DNA from: Pseudomonadota bacterium
GTDB taxonomy: Bacteria > Bdellovibrionota > Bdellovibrionia > Bdellovibrionales > Bdellovibrionaceae
Assembly: GCA_041178425.1 (NCBI GenBank)
Contig: JBEGVH010000016.1
Location: 1 to 64,000, forward strand
DNA length: 64,000 nucleotides
Direction: 5' to 3'
The notes below the pieces were generated by a model that did not search any database, was not told where the DNA came from, and saw only the letters and a list, made by a program, of their open reading frames with translations. The position numbers were made by a program, and so were the translations under genes. Shown in pieces: positions 48,790 through 58,152 of this stretch (position 1 is the first letter of the stretch; each line of letters starts with the position of its first letter).

Positions 48790-49584
48790 TCAACCACCCG
48801 CCTTTTGGAGCCTCCACTCAGCCAACGAAGACTGAAGGTTACTTTTTACCTTAGTGTCGAGCATTGGATCTTGGGCCGCTCGCTCGTAGAAATCAAAAGA
48901 TCCTTCATTGATGAATGGCTGAATTTTCTCAGAGAGTCCCTGACGTACTAAGAGAGATCCCGAAAATAGAGCTGCTCGCACTTTTTCGTGCACTCGATCT
49001 GCACCATCGCCACCAAGATGCCGACTCAACTCTTGAATCGCTAAATCAAGTAGATTGGAATCATGAAAATCTAAAACTCCTTCAGAAACGGCTTCAATAT
49101 TTTCTGCGGCCGCATCTTGAGTGAGCAGTAATTTTAGAGCGCTTTCTTTAATGTAACCCTCTTTTTCCATGAGAATTTCTCGAGCGAGTTCGGCAATTTT
49201 AGGTGACTGCATTTTCTTGTTAGCTATGAAGATATACCGTTGATCAACTTTATATGCTAACTCGCGAGCCACGGTCATCTGACGACTTCTTGGGTCTGGC
49301 TCCTGATCAGCTCGACATTGATCATCAATAAGACATTCGCGATAGGAGCTCAAATCGCTTTTTAGTTGAATAATCACTTGCTCCTGAATTGCTATAGACT
49401 CATTCTTTATTTCTAAACGCTTTTCTTCTGCGACTTTACCTGTTGACGCTAAAGACGTCGCGTTCGAAGGGCCCAACACTGGCGATTCCTGGATATCAGA
49501 TTTTTGGAGATCTCCTGCCCAAAAGATGCTTCCTAAAATAAAGACCGCAAAGAATAGGCCGGAGGGAACTTTATCGTATTTCAT
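48790..49584 (-). CDS. Membrane-anchored helical-repeat hypothetical protein
   Basis: N-terminal TM, all-alpha body. AAGGA SD, 2 nt after the upstream gene's stop. Confidence 0.6.
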   Translation of the reverse strand: MKYDKVPSGLFFAVFILGSIFWAGDLQKSDIQESPVLGPSNATSLASTGKVAEEKRLEIKNESIAIQEQVIIQLKSDLSSYRECLIDDQCRADQEPDPRSRQMTVARELAYKVDQRYIFIANKKMQSPKIAELAREILMEKEGYIKESALKLLLTQDAAAENIEAVSEGVLDFHDSNLLDLAIQELSRHLGGDGADRVHEKVRAALFSGSLLVRQGLSEKIQPFINEGSFDFYERAAQDPMLDTKVKSNLQSSLAEWRLQKAGG

Positions 49585-49586
49585 TT

Positions 49587-51182
49587 TTATTCCTTCGAAT
49601 CCACAACACGAGTCCACTGAGAGAATGTTTTTTCGGGAAAACCGCGCCCAGAATAAATATAACCACTGCCTCCCGCATACTCTATTTTATAATACAGTTC
49701 ATTAACATCCCCTCTTCCGATCACCTCAGATACAAGCAACTCTGAGTTCTGGGGAATCTGTGTGAGGACCACACCACCAATCGTTGTGCGCAAGTTAACA
49801 CCACTAGAATTTTGAACTCGCACTTTTTCTCCAGGTTTTGCAATCAATGCGCCCTTGAGAGGTTCATTTGTTTTTTTGAACCACTGGCGATGATCAGATA
49901 ATTGACCACCGTAAACGTAACCCCATTGCCCATTCCAATAGATTTGATAATATCTCTTTGCGAGATTTTGCTGACGAACCTCAAAGTCAAAGACCTGCAC
50001 GAGAGCACCCTCAGGTAAAACATGAGTCATCTGACCGGCAGGTGTTGCTCTCACATAAATAGCTTTGGTTGCTTTCAGAATAGTTCCGAGAGGGTGTACC
50101 CCTAAGTTTGTTTTGTTAACACAAAGAGAATGGCGATCAACTGGCTCTCGAGGAATTGATTTTTCCACCTGAGAATTCATACGACTAAACGACTCATCAG
50201 TGGCACCAACAAAACGTTGAAGACAAGACAAATCCTTAGAATTCGTAATACAAATAAACCCGCCGTCACCAAGCCCACAATATTCTCCTCGTGAGTTTTG
50301 ATATATTTTTCCTGGCTGGGGACCTTCAGGTGGTTTTGCAAAGTCTCTCATCGGACAGTTTTCATTGCCATCAACGAGACATGGCACGTTCACCACTGTT
50401 TTTTTAGAGGGGTCCTTGATGTATTGTGACCACTGCTGCCCATCAAATTTTTGAATAAAGCCTTTGTCGTTGCGAGCCCATTTGTCGTCGGGGTTTGTCC
50501 AACGGCAAATGCGAGAGGCACCCCCATTATAGGCACTATAGGCCGAGCGGGCTCTCGCTCTCCAGTCGTTTGGATCGGTCATACAGGGTGCCTGGGTTGC
50601 GGCCTCCCAATTGTCATAATATTCTTCTAGAGAGTACACGATATTGTTAACGACATTCCAAGCCGTTCCCTTAGTCACAGCGACGAAGTGCCATCGGTCA
50701 TCGACTTGCATGAGGCCATGGCCATGACCATAATCACCCCTCATCATTTTGAGAGTACCATCCTCATGAAGTCGATAATGGGACCAAAAGCTTTCTTGGT
50801 GAGCCATCGCATGAGAGGCGTGGATAAAGGCCTGCATTTCATCCTGACTCACCTGAGGCTTTCTCTTTCTTATGTAGAGCTCGGCCGACTCTCTGATGAC
50901 TGCCGCAAGCTCATCCATATAGCGAACGCGCTCCTTTTCGGCATTCTTTTTGATATCGAATATAAGAGGCAAATAGGTTTTCCAAACATAGGTATCTTCG
51001 CCAAAGGTGCTCGCATCACAGGCGTACGGAGCCACTCCAAATGACCAAACACCCGCAACTTTATTTTCACATTGCCAATGATCGGGGGTGTTGTTGGGCG
51101 CTGCCAGACTTAAGTTTGGCAGACACCAGAGAACTAAAGACAATAAAAATAATTTTGTATTAAAAATTTTGCAGATTCTCAT
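49587..51182 (-). CDS. Exported SLT/lysozyme-like domain protein with C-terminal SH3b-like domains
   Basis: SLT motifs HQES, GLMQV and AYNGG; SH3b-like IYVRATP and VNLRTT...GYIYS. Confidence 0.7.
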   Translation of the reverse strand: MRICKIFNTKLFLLSLVLWCLPNLSLAAPNNTPDHWQCENKVAGVWSFGVAPYACDASTFGEDTYVWKTYLPLIFDIKKNAEKERVRYMDELAAVIRESAELYIRKRKPQVSQDEMQAFIHASHAMAHQESFWSHYRLHEDGTLKMMRGDYGHGHGLMQVDDRWHFVAVTKGTAWNVVNNIVYSLEEYYDNWEAATQAPCMTDPNDWRARARSAYSAYNGGASRICRWTNPDDKWARNDKGFIQKFDGQQWSQYIKDPSKKTVVNVPCLVDGNENCPMRDFAKPPEGPQPGKIYQNSRGEYCGLGDGGFICITNSKDLSCLQRFVGATDESFSRMNSQVEKSIPREPVDRHSLCVNKTNLGVHPLGTILKATKAIYVRATPAGQMTHVLPEGALVQVFDFEVRQQNLAKRYYQIYWNGQWGYVYGGQLSDHRQWFKKTNEPLKGALIAKPGEKVRVQNSSGVNLRTTIGGVVLTQIPQNSELLVSEVIGRGDVNELYYKIEYAGGSGYIYSGRGFPEKTFSQWTRVVDSKE

Positions 51183-51189
51183 AGACTAA

Positions 51190-51217
51190 GTATCCGCAAA
51201 ATGAGTCGGAAACTTTA
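51190..51217 (-). promoter_or_regulatory. Putative sigma28 promoter
   Basis: TAAAGTTT-N12-GCGGATAC on the minus strand, ending 7 nt before ATG 51182. Confidence 0.45.
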
Positions 51218-51327
51218 GCTTAGGGTGATTTTTAGTTTAAAAGTTAGACAAATCTAGACTATCGATGAGTCTAAAAATACGACGATAGTCGAGGAAGGTA
51301 CGACGACCTCCCGCGACTTTTATTTAA

Positions 51328-52491
51328 CTAGACGTAGGCACCAGTACGAATTTTTTCGAGAATGATCTTCTCAGTCTTCAATGGATCGCGAGGATCCACG
51401 GAGAAAAATGACTGTTGTTCGCAACGTAATTTTTCTTTTACCAACCATCGCAAAATATCAGCCAATTTTTTATTCTTTTTATCCTGAAAAAACGGATCAT
51501 TTTCTAATGCATCTTTAGCTTTTTTAAGTGCGCGCGCCTCTGCGGGATCAGACTCTTTTACTTTATAACAATGAAGATCATACTTTTTAACGTCTTCAGG
51601 AAGAACTCCAAGAAACTTTACATCTGGCGCAGAGAAATCGCTGTTTCGAATTAAACTTGCAGCTGAGCCCGCCTTGAGAGTTCTATAAATATTTTGAAGC
51701 GTATAGGCATCCAAGTCGCCAAAAAAGTACATTGGAACTTCCAGTTGATCCTGTATCAATTTGCACCAACCACGAACCCCGTTACTTGGAACACCTTGCG
51801 CACCCATTAATATACAATTGTTTCTCTTGGTAAATCCCATGGTCGCCAATGTGCCCGCCGTACCTTCTGATTCCACAACGAGGCAAAAATCGATTTTCTT
51901 TTTAGACTTCAGTTTTAGTGACTGAGGACGATTTTTAGGCTGAAAAGGCGATGTCCCAAGCGAACCAAGCTCAACAATAGCTTTCTCACCGTCGGGAAGA
52001 GTTTCCGTAACGATAAGTTGCTGCGAGTAGGTTTGCCCACCCCGATCGTTTGCATAACAGTTGAGTTCTTCTCGGTAAACTTTGAGCATATCCCCAATGA
52101 AATCAACGATAGAGTCACTTTCATCCTGATCCTCAAAATCTAAAGGCTTAAGTTGTCCCGTGCCTTTGATAAGACCTTTAGCAATATAATATAATTCCCT
52201 CTTGGTATTCACCGCTCCGATATCAAGGTTCCGCAGTAGAATCTCGAGCATAAAAACGACTCGAGCGAGTTTCTGAACACTTGAAACATTGAGCTCCGTT
52301 CGAACCGTTTTGTCTCCGGGAGTGAGAAAACCCACTTTTGCATCATAGTAGGAATTATCAAGTGAGCACTTTACAGCTTCAAGAACGGGGCGCTTAGATG
52401 CCTCCAAATCTTTTAACATCTGCTCAGCTAAACGAGTGGCCTCTTTTGGAATATCAATTTTTAGATCACGAATTTTGATTAATTTAGACAT
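51328..52491 (-). CDS. top6A: DNA topoisomerase VI subunit A (Spo11-like)
   Basis: Catalytic Tyr in TKRELYY, Toprim motifs VVESEG and GDLD, and GVP. Confidence 0.92.
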   Translation of the reverse strand: MSKLIKIRDLKIDIPKEATRLAEQMLKDLEASKRPVLEAVKCSLDNSYYDAKVGFLTPGDKTVRTELNVSSVQKLARVVFMLEILLRNLDIGAVNTKRELYYIAKGLIKGTGQLKPLDFEDQDESDSIVDFIGDMLKVYREELNCYANDRGGQTYSQQLIVTETLPDGEKAIVELGSLGTSPFQPKNRPQSLKLKSKKKIDFCLVVESEGTAGTLATMGFTKRNNCILMGAQGVPSNGVRGWCKLIQDQLEVPMYFFGDLDAYTLQNIYRTLKAGSAASLIRNSDFSAPDVKFLGVLPEDVKKYDLHCYKVKESDPAEARALKKAKDALENDPFFQDKKNKKLADILRWLVKEKLRCEQQSFFSVDPRDPLKTEKIILEKIRTGAYV

Positions 52492-52524
52492 GAATCAAGT
52501 CCCTCATTACCTTGTGCAGTTTGT

Positions 52525-54198
52525 CTATACATCTTCACTGTCGTCGCTTTTCGATTTTAACTCATCAACTGCGGCATGAAGGTGTGCATCTTTTTTCTTT
52601 TGGGCAGCAAGGCGACCTTCGGCCTCTTGCAACTCTTTCATGGCATCACTGGAATCTCTCCCAAGAAGTTTACGCAAGCCTTCTGCCGCCTTGAACTTTC
52701 GCTCCTTGGATGCACCCACTATTCGAACCAATCCCTCAACAAGAATGGGGCCAAACTGTTCAATGTGAGCTAGTTTTCTTTCGAGATCAGCTTCTTTTTC
52801 CTCCTTACGAATATGCCGCGAAAGCTTTTGCCCCGCCTGCATCAAAGCTCGTCGGATTTCTTCGACTAATTCATCAGAACTATCGATTGTTTCTTTTGAA
52901 GCGTTTTTAAACTTAATAAATGGAGAAACAACACTCACCGCAAAAACGTAGGGCCCCAGTGGGAGACTATCTTTGGGTTGATTGAGTCCGTAGTTTTTCC
53001 AGTTAACAGTCTCTATGGCCCGCGTGATCGCACAGGCGGCCTTGTCGAATTGCAAGGGAACTCTATTTGCAAAACGTAAAACTTGAACGGGATTGTCGGC
53101 TTCGCCTCGATCTAAAAATCGAGCAAGTGCCACTTCAACAGACACAGGTTTAAAATCGCAAATAGTCGGTTTACGTGTCATAACGGAGAAAAAGTCTACA
53201 CTTCCCAAACGCATGATCGACTTTGAAAGAGATTCCTCACCGACCGTAAGGACCGATTTGGTACTTGGTGCCATCAAATCTGTTTTTTGCATCGCTGAGA
53301 AAATGGTTTTAAAATCATCTTCTTTAAATGACGTTAACGACTTATCTAACAAGGCTTTGGGCATGCCATTTTTGACGATATCCTTAATCGTTTGATCAGC
53401 TATCCGCGAAAACCCTGTCTTCAAAAGTTTTTCTAGGGAAATTTTACCGTATAAGTGAGCATGGGCGATAAATTCCCCCAGCTTCATGGTGTGGGGGTGA
53501 GGCAGTGTTGGCGACGGAACCTCAGGAATGACCGAACTCACCCTTTGAATCATTACGGGTGCACTATCGAGGAGCTTGTATCTCATTTCGAGATGAGGAT
53601 TTACGAGCACAGTACCCTCAAGATAGGTTAGAAGCCCACCATCACCATTCAGTTGTATTCGACCGTCAATAATAAATTCAACGTGAACGCCGCTCTCTTT
53701 GTCCCAATCAATTGTTTCTTTATTTTTCAAAACACCTGTATTCGATCGAATATCAACTTCAACTATACCCGCCACGGCCTTTCGCATTTTCTTGGTTTTA
53801 GAAATAACGCGAACCCCTTTAGCATTGGTAAGCTGGGCCCAGGTGGTTGCTGCCGAAATACCAATCCCTTGCTGCCCTCTGGTGCATTGGCCGCGTCCAA
53901 ACTTTGAGGAAGCCAAATATTCACCAAAGACTCGAGCTAGGTCTTCGGGCTCGATCCCTGGCCCATTATCTTCAACAATAATTTTAATAAGATCAGAATT
54001 CTTTGTGGACCCCGCCCCCACCTTTTCGATGACAATCTCTAAAGTTGGAAGAATTCCTGCGCCCTCGCAAGCATCCAATGAGTTGTCGACGGCTTCTTTG
54101 AGTGTGGTGAGAACGGCCTTAATAGGAGACGAAAACCCTACCTGTTGCAGGTTCTTAGCAAAATACTCTGCGGTGCTACTTTTTGTGATTTTATTCAC
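52525..54198 (-). CDS. top6B: DNA topoisomerase VI subunit B
   Basis: GHKL motifs EAVDNSLDA, EDNGPGI, SSKF and RGQQGIGIS; also RFANRVPL and WKNYGL. Confidence 0.95.
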   Translation of the reverse strand: MNKITKSSTAEYFAKNLQQVGFSSPIKAVLTTLKEAVDNSLDACEGAGILPTLEIVIEKVGAGSTKNSDLIKIIVEDNGPGIEPEDLARVFGEYLASSKFGRGQCTRGQQGIGISAATTWAQLTNAKGVRVISKTKKMRKAVAGIVEVDIRSNTGVLKNKETIDWDKESGVHVEFIIDGRIQLNGDGGLLTYLEGTVLVNPHLEMRYKLLDSAPVMIQRVSSVIPEVPSPTLPHPHTMKLGEFIAHAHLYGKISLEKLLKTGFSRIADQTIKDIVKNGMPKALLDKSLTSFKEDDFKTIFSAMQKTDLMAPSTKSVLTVGEESLSKSIMRLGSVDFFSVMTRKPTICDFKPVSVEVALARFLDRGEADNPVQVLRFANRVPLQFDKAACAITRAIETVNWKNYGLNQPKDSLPLGPYVFAVSVVSPFIKFKNASKETIDSSDELVEEIRRALMQAGQKLSRHIRKEEKEADLERKLAHIEQFGPILVEGLVRIVGASKERKFKAAEGLRKLLGRDSSDAMKELQEAEGRLAAQKKKDAHLHAAVDELKSKSDDSEDV

Positions 54199-54306
54199 TG
54201 ATCTACGTCCTTTTGTTACTAAAAAAACACAGTGCGATTCATTAAATGAGTCTTTTCCGTAGTTTTTTTCTAAACTTACTCTCTAATTCTTGTTACGGAT
54301 AATGGA

Positions 54307-54792
54307 ATGGTGACAAGGAACTTTTTGGTTTTATTGATTGTATTGCTAGGCGTCGGCTGCACCCCACAGTGCGAAAGAAATCAATTTGAACCATCAAAAC
54401 CCTATTCAAAAGCCATTTCTGAGTTCAAATCCGAAGATATTGGTGAGGGCTCGGGGCCCGAACTCCAAGAGGGCGATTTAGTCGAAGTTAAATTTCGTGG
54501 GTGGATTTACGACTCCAATAAGAGCGATGGCAAGGGTGCCCTCGTTTTCGACAGTTATACCGATAAGACTCCGCTAAAAATCAACTTTGGCCAAGACGAA
54601 ATCCTCTTAGGATGGCAAGAAGGCCTCCTCGGAATGAAAATTGGGGGTAAACGGCGTTTATTTATTCCCTCCCCCATGGCGTACGGTGACGCAGGAGCTG
54701 GTACCATCGTCCCTCCAAAAACTGATCTTATCTATGAAATTGAAGTACTTTCTATTCAATCGGGATCGACAGACGGTGACTCAAAAGAATGA
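54307..54792 (+). CDS. FKBP-type peptidyl-prolyl isomerase (lipoprotein)
   Basis: Motifs FDS and GWQEGLLGMKIGGKRRLFIPSPMAYG; lipobox GVGC. Confidence 0.9.
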   Translation: MVTRNFLVLLIVLLGVGCTPQCERNQFEPSKPYSKAISEFKSEDIGEGSGPELQEGDLVEVKFRGWIYDSNKSDGKGALVFDSYTDKTPLKINFGQDEILLGWQEGLLGMKIGGKRRLFIPSPMAYGDAGAGTIVPPKTDLIYEIEVLSIQSGSTDGDSKE

Positions 54793-55112
54793 TCCTGTTG
54801 AGGATCAACCCTTTCGGCTCCTTCGCGACGGTTTTTTAATTCCTCAAAGGCCCTATCTACTGAAGTCTTATAGCCTTTTTCGGTGTTACAGGGTTTACAG
54901 GAAGGAACGACATTGTTTTTAACTGATTGCCCCCCACGAGCGATGGGTAATAGATGATCCATTGTGAGCTCACTGGGGTGAAATCTTTGTCCGCAGTGCG
55001 AGCATATCCCCTTACCCAATTGGTTTTTCCACCATTGAGAGGCTCGTAAATCTCGTGCTTTTAGCTTTTCCCGGCGCTGGTGCTCCGGAGAGGCGGCGAT
55101 AAAAAATTCCAT
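54756..55112 (-). CDS. HNH endonuclease family protein
   Basis: Motifs CSHC, TMDHLLPIARGG and NVVPSCKPCN. Confidence 0.85.
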   Translation of the reverse strand: MEFFIAASPEHQRREKLKARDLRASQWWKNQLGKGICSHCGQRFHPSELTMDHLLPIARGGQSVKNNVVPSCKPCNTEKGYKTSVDRAFEELKNRREGAERVDPQQDHSFESPSVDPD

Positions 55113-55255
55113 CGCATCGGTGATAAACGAAACCCAAAAGAAAATCAATGAATGCTATCTAAAAATTAAGCATTTCTGAGACTGATGACAAACTTTGGCC
55201 ATTGCTCTGTGAATAAAATCCCTTTATATAAAGAGCTCTTGATAAGGAATACCAG

Positions 55256-55489
55256 ATGACCCAAGAGCAAATGCTTAATCGCCTAATAACCGCTTTTCCA
55301 AACTCGGATATCGAGGTTTTTGACCTGACTGGCACTGAAGATCATTGGGAAGTTCACGTAACTTCTCAAAAATTTTCCGGACTTCCCCGTATTCAACAAC
55401 ATAAACTCGTCATGCAAGCTTTTGACGAGGAGTTGAAAACTGGGGAGGTTCACGCCCTAACAATGAAAACAAAGGAGAAAAAAATATGA
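55256..55489 (+). CDS. BolA/IbaG family protein
   Basis: Motifs DH, FSGLPRIQQHKLV and VHAL. Coupled to the Grx4 gene. Confidence 0.9.
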   Translation: MTQEQMLNRLITAFPNSDIEVFDLTGTEDHWEVHVTSQKFSGLPRIQQHKLVMQAFDEELKTGEVHALTMKTKEKKI

Positions 55490-55794
55490 CCACGCACGAA
55501 AGAATTGATAAAATTGTTACCGAAAACAAAGTCGTTCTCTTTATGAAGGGCTCCCCGTCGTTTCCACAATGTGGTTTTTCAGCCCGCGCTACAGCCATTC
55601 TCCAAGAAATTGGAACTTCCTTTTACTCAGTAGACGTTCTCGAAGACCACGAAATACGCCAGGGTATTAAAGAGTATGGAAACTGGCCAACCATCCCGCA
55701 ACTTTATGTCAATAAACAATTGATTGGTGGCAGCGACATCATGATGGAAATGTACCAAGAAGGCGAACTTCAAGAACTTCTAGCTTCAAAGTAA
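55486..55794 (+). CDS. grxD: Monothiol glutaredoxin Grx4
   Basis: Motifs CGFS, WPTIPQLY and GGSD. Confidence 0.95.
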   Translation: MTTHERIDKIVTENKVVLFMKGSPSFPQCGFSARATAILQEIGTSFYSVDVLEDHEIRQGIKEYGNWPTIPQLYVNKQLIGGSDIMMEMYQEGELQELLASK

Positions 55795-55878
55795 CCTCTG
55801 AGATTTGGTTCTTTTTGGGGGAAGACCCCTTTGGGTTAGCTTTCCTCGATACCTCCGCTGTATTATTTTTAGTTAAGA

Positions 55879-55910
55879 AGGCCCTGAGACATTAGTTGTA
55901 CTCAGGGCCT
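55879..55910. repeat. Perfect 10-bp inverted repeat
   Basis: AGGCCCTGAG-N12-CTCAGGGCCT in the intergenic region. Confidence 0.6.
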
Positions 55911-56014
55911 CAGTTGTCTCGAAATTTGTTAGGTAACTACAACTAAATATCACTTATTTTGACGTAAAAGCTGCAATGACTAGCCTCGAACATGTTTCGA
56001 TTTGGAGGTCGTGT

Positions 56015-57460
56015 ATGAAAAAGCTATTTACGAAAAAATCATTGCCTGTTCTAACAAAAATCCCGCAAGCGAGCATGTACCCTCCGTTGGGATGGGGTGA
56101 ATTTCTTGCTGCCCTCGTTATCTTTCTTGCCATCGTTTCCCTACCCTTTCGAAGTCAGGCTCAATCGAACCCATTCCTTTGCCAACCTGATTTACTTGCT
56201 AAAATAAATACCAAGTGGGCTCAATACCCCTTCTTAGGAGCTGCCAAAGGAACCCCCGCCTTTATTCTGATGAAAAAAACCTGCGTCGCCACTTACGAGA
56301 ATGGAGTTGTCTTGGCCACCTATGAACATGGCGCCTTCGAACTCCATGGTTCGATTTGGTCGAAATGGAAGTTACTTGGGGGACTTAACGGTTTCCTCGG
56401 AACACCTCTTACTGATGAATCGGCAACTCCCGACGGTGCTGGGCGATATAATCACTTCGAAAATGGTTCTATTTATTACTTTCCCTGTTTGGGCCCCTTT
56501 GAAGTTCATGGACTCATCCGCAATCGCTGGGCCCAAATGGGTTGGGAGCGAAGTGCCCTTGGATATCCGAAATCTGACGAACTCACCCTCGCAGACGGAC
56601 AAGGTAAATTCACCCTCTTCCAACATGGAGCTATCTATTGGCATCCCTCCGACAATAAAACTTACGTTTTAACTGGAGATATCTTTAACCAGTGGAAAGA
56701 CCAAGGCGCCGATAAGGGCATTTTAAAACGACCGATTGGCGACGTCACATGTACTCCCTTCACCTGCATTCAAAAATTTGTAGGTGGAACCTTGAGCTCA
56801 ATAAAAATAAATCGCCCCGTGGATCTTCGAAGTGAAATAAATCGGCGCGGGATTACGATTGCCAATCAATCGCCGCGCCCCACCTGCTCCGTGCACGCAA
56901 TGACTTTTTTGCTGGAGTGGGGCTACACAGAGCTCTGTGGTTCGAGAATGAAGGATCTATCGGAAGAATACCTCAATCATATGACCAATCTGGCCTCGGG
57001 GCGCACGAATGATGGCGATTTCTTTTCCTTTATCGCCGCTGGTTTTGACAAATATGGAATCGTTTCTGAGGCGGATATGCCCTATAAAACAAGCTATAAC
57101 TTTGCCAACGTGAGTGCATCGAGCGAACTCATCTCTAGAGGGCAAGTCTTCACACGCAAGGGGGTTAAGCTCAATGGCCACTTCATTAAACCCAACGATG
57201 GAAGTGTGGGAATGACGGATTCCCAATATAAAGAAGTCTTTCAATGGCTTCTCAAGGGAATTCCTGTAGCCATTGGCCGATCCCATTCGACGGTGATCGT
57301 TGGGTATAAGTATGACGCCACTCGTGGAGGAGGAGGCCAATTCATAATTCGAAATAGCTACGGTCCAAACACAGATGACCACGGCTATTTTTATGAAGAT
57401 TTCGATTCAGTAAAAAAATCCGTCAACGACGTTTATGTTTACGACTGGCCAAAACAATAA
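56015..57460 (+). CDS. LGFP-repeat protein fused to a papain-like (C1) cysteine peptidase
   Basis: Repeats LGTPLTDE and LGYPKSDE; catalytic motifs NQ...TCS, HSTVIVGY and IRNSYG. GGAGG SD. Confidence 0.8.
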   Translation: MKKLFTKKSLPVLTKIPQASMYPPLGWGEFLAALVIFLAIVSLPFRSQAQSNPFLCQPDLLAKINTKWAQYPFLGAAKGTPAFILMKKTCVATYENGVVLATYEHGAFELHGSIWSKWKLLGGLNGFLGTPLTDESATPDGAGRYNHFENGSIYYFPCLGPFEVHGLIRNRWAQMGWERSALGYPKSDELTLADGQGKFTLFQHGAIYWHPSDNKTYVLTGDIFNQWKDQGADKGILKRPIGDVTCTPFTCIQKFVGGTLSSIKINRPVDLRSEINRRGITIANQSPRPTCSVHAMTFLLEWGYTELCGSRMKDLSEEYLNHMTNLASGRTNDGDFFSFIAAGFDKYGIVSEADMPYKTSYNFANVSASSELISRGQVFTRKGVKLNGHFIKPNDGSVGMTDSQYKEVFQWLLKGIPVAIGRSHSTVIVGYKYDATRGGGGQFIIRNSYGPNTDDHGYFYEDFDSVKKSVNDVYVYDWPKQ

Positions 57461-57489
57461 CTTCCTTCCTTTGCTCAACTCATACTTAA

Positions 57490-57520
57490 ATCACCGGGGT
57501 GCCCGTCGCTCCCCGGTGAT
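57490..57520 (+). terminator. GC-rich hairpin after the peptidase gene
   Basis: ATCACCGGGG...CCCCGGTGAT, with no clear U-tract. Confidence 0.5.
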
Positions 57521-57576
57521 GATTATTGACAGCCTGAGTCCAACTCTCCTAAAACAATAATCACTTAGGGGAGTTT

Positions 57577-58152
57577 ATGAAACCTGCTGCTTTTCTCGAT
57601 CGTGACGGTGTTATCTGTGAATACGTTGATCACCTTCATCGCGTCGAAGATTTTAAATTACGCGAAAAATCCGCCGAGGCTATTCGCTCCCTTAACGAAG
57701 CTGGCTACTGGGTGTTTGTTATGACGAATCAACCCATGATTGGAAAAGGTCTTCTGACTCACGAGGGTCTCTCCATCATCCATGCACGTATGCACTCAGA
57801 ATTAAAACTTCACGGCGCGCACCTAGATTCTGTTGAGTTCTGCCCCCACTCTCCGGTAGGAACAATTGCTCCTTGGAATGTCGAGTGTGAGTGCCGCAAA
57901 CCAAAAGTTGGTATGATTCAAAAGCTTTGTCGCGAATTTTCCATCGATCTCCATAATTCTTTTGTTGTGGGAGATACTTGGCGTGATATTCAATGCGCTC
58001 AAACCATGGGTTTATTCAATTATGGTGTTTGCGGAGGAGCGGGGTTCCCTTACACTGAATCAAGCAAATATGCCTCGGTGAAACCAGATTTTATGGTCGA
58101 GTCTCTTTGGGATGCCGTTCAGCATCAGTTCGGAGTCAGGAATGATAAATAA
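57577..58152 (+). CDS. gmhB: HAD-IIIA phosphatase, GmhB-like
   Basis: Motifs FLDRDGVI, TNQ, CPH...CECRKP and VGD...D. Confidence 0.82.
   Translation: MKPAAFLDRDGVICEYVDHLHRVEDFKLREKSAEAIRSLNEAGYWVFVMTNQPMIGKGLLTHEGLSIIHARMHSELKLHGAHLDSVEFCPHSPVGTIAPWNVECECRKPKVGMIQKLCREFSIDLHNSFVVGDTWRDIQCAQTMGLFNYGVCGGAGFPYTESSKYASVKPDFMVESLWDAVQHQFGVRNDK

Noticed and set aside
53699..54262. 187-aa plus-strand ORF and the other short ORFs overlapping known genes
   Set aside because: Antisense or alternate-frame shadows with no recognisable motifs.
54756..55112. HNH gene as a homing or mobile element, or a defence partner of Topo VI
   Set aside because: Stand-alone small HNH among housekeeping genes, with no repeats, intron context or methylase, and separated from top6B by a divergent FKBP gene.
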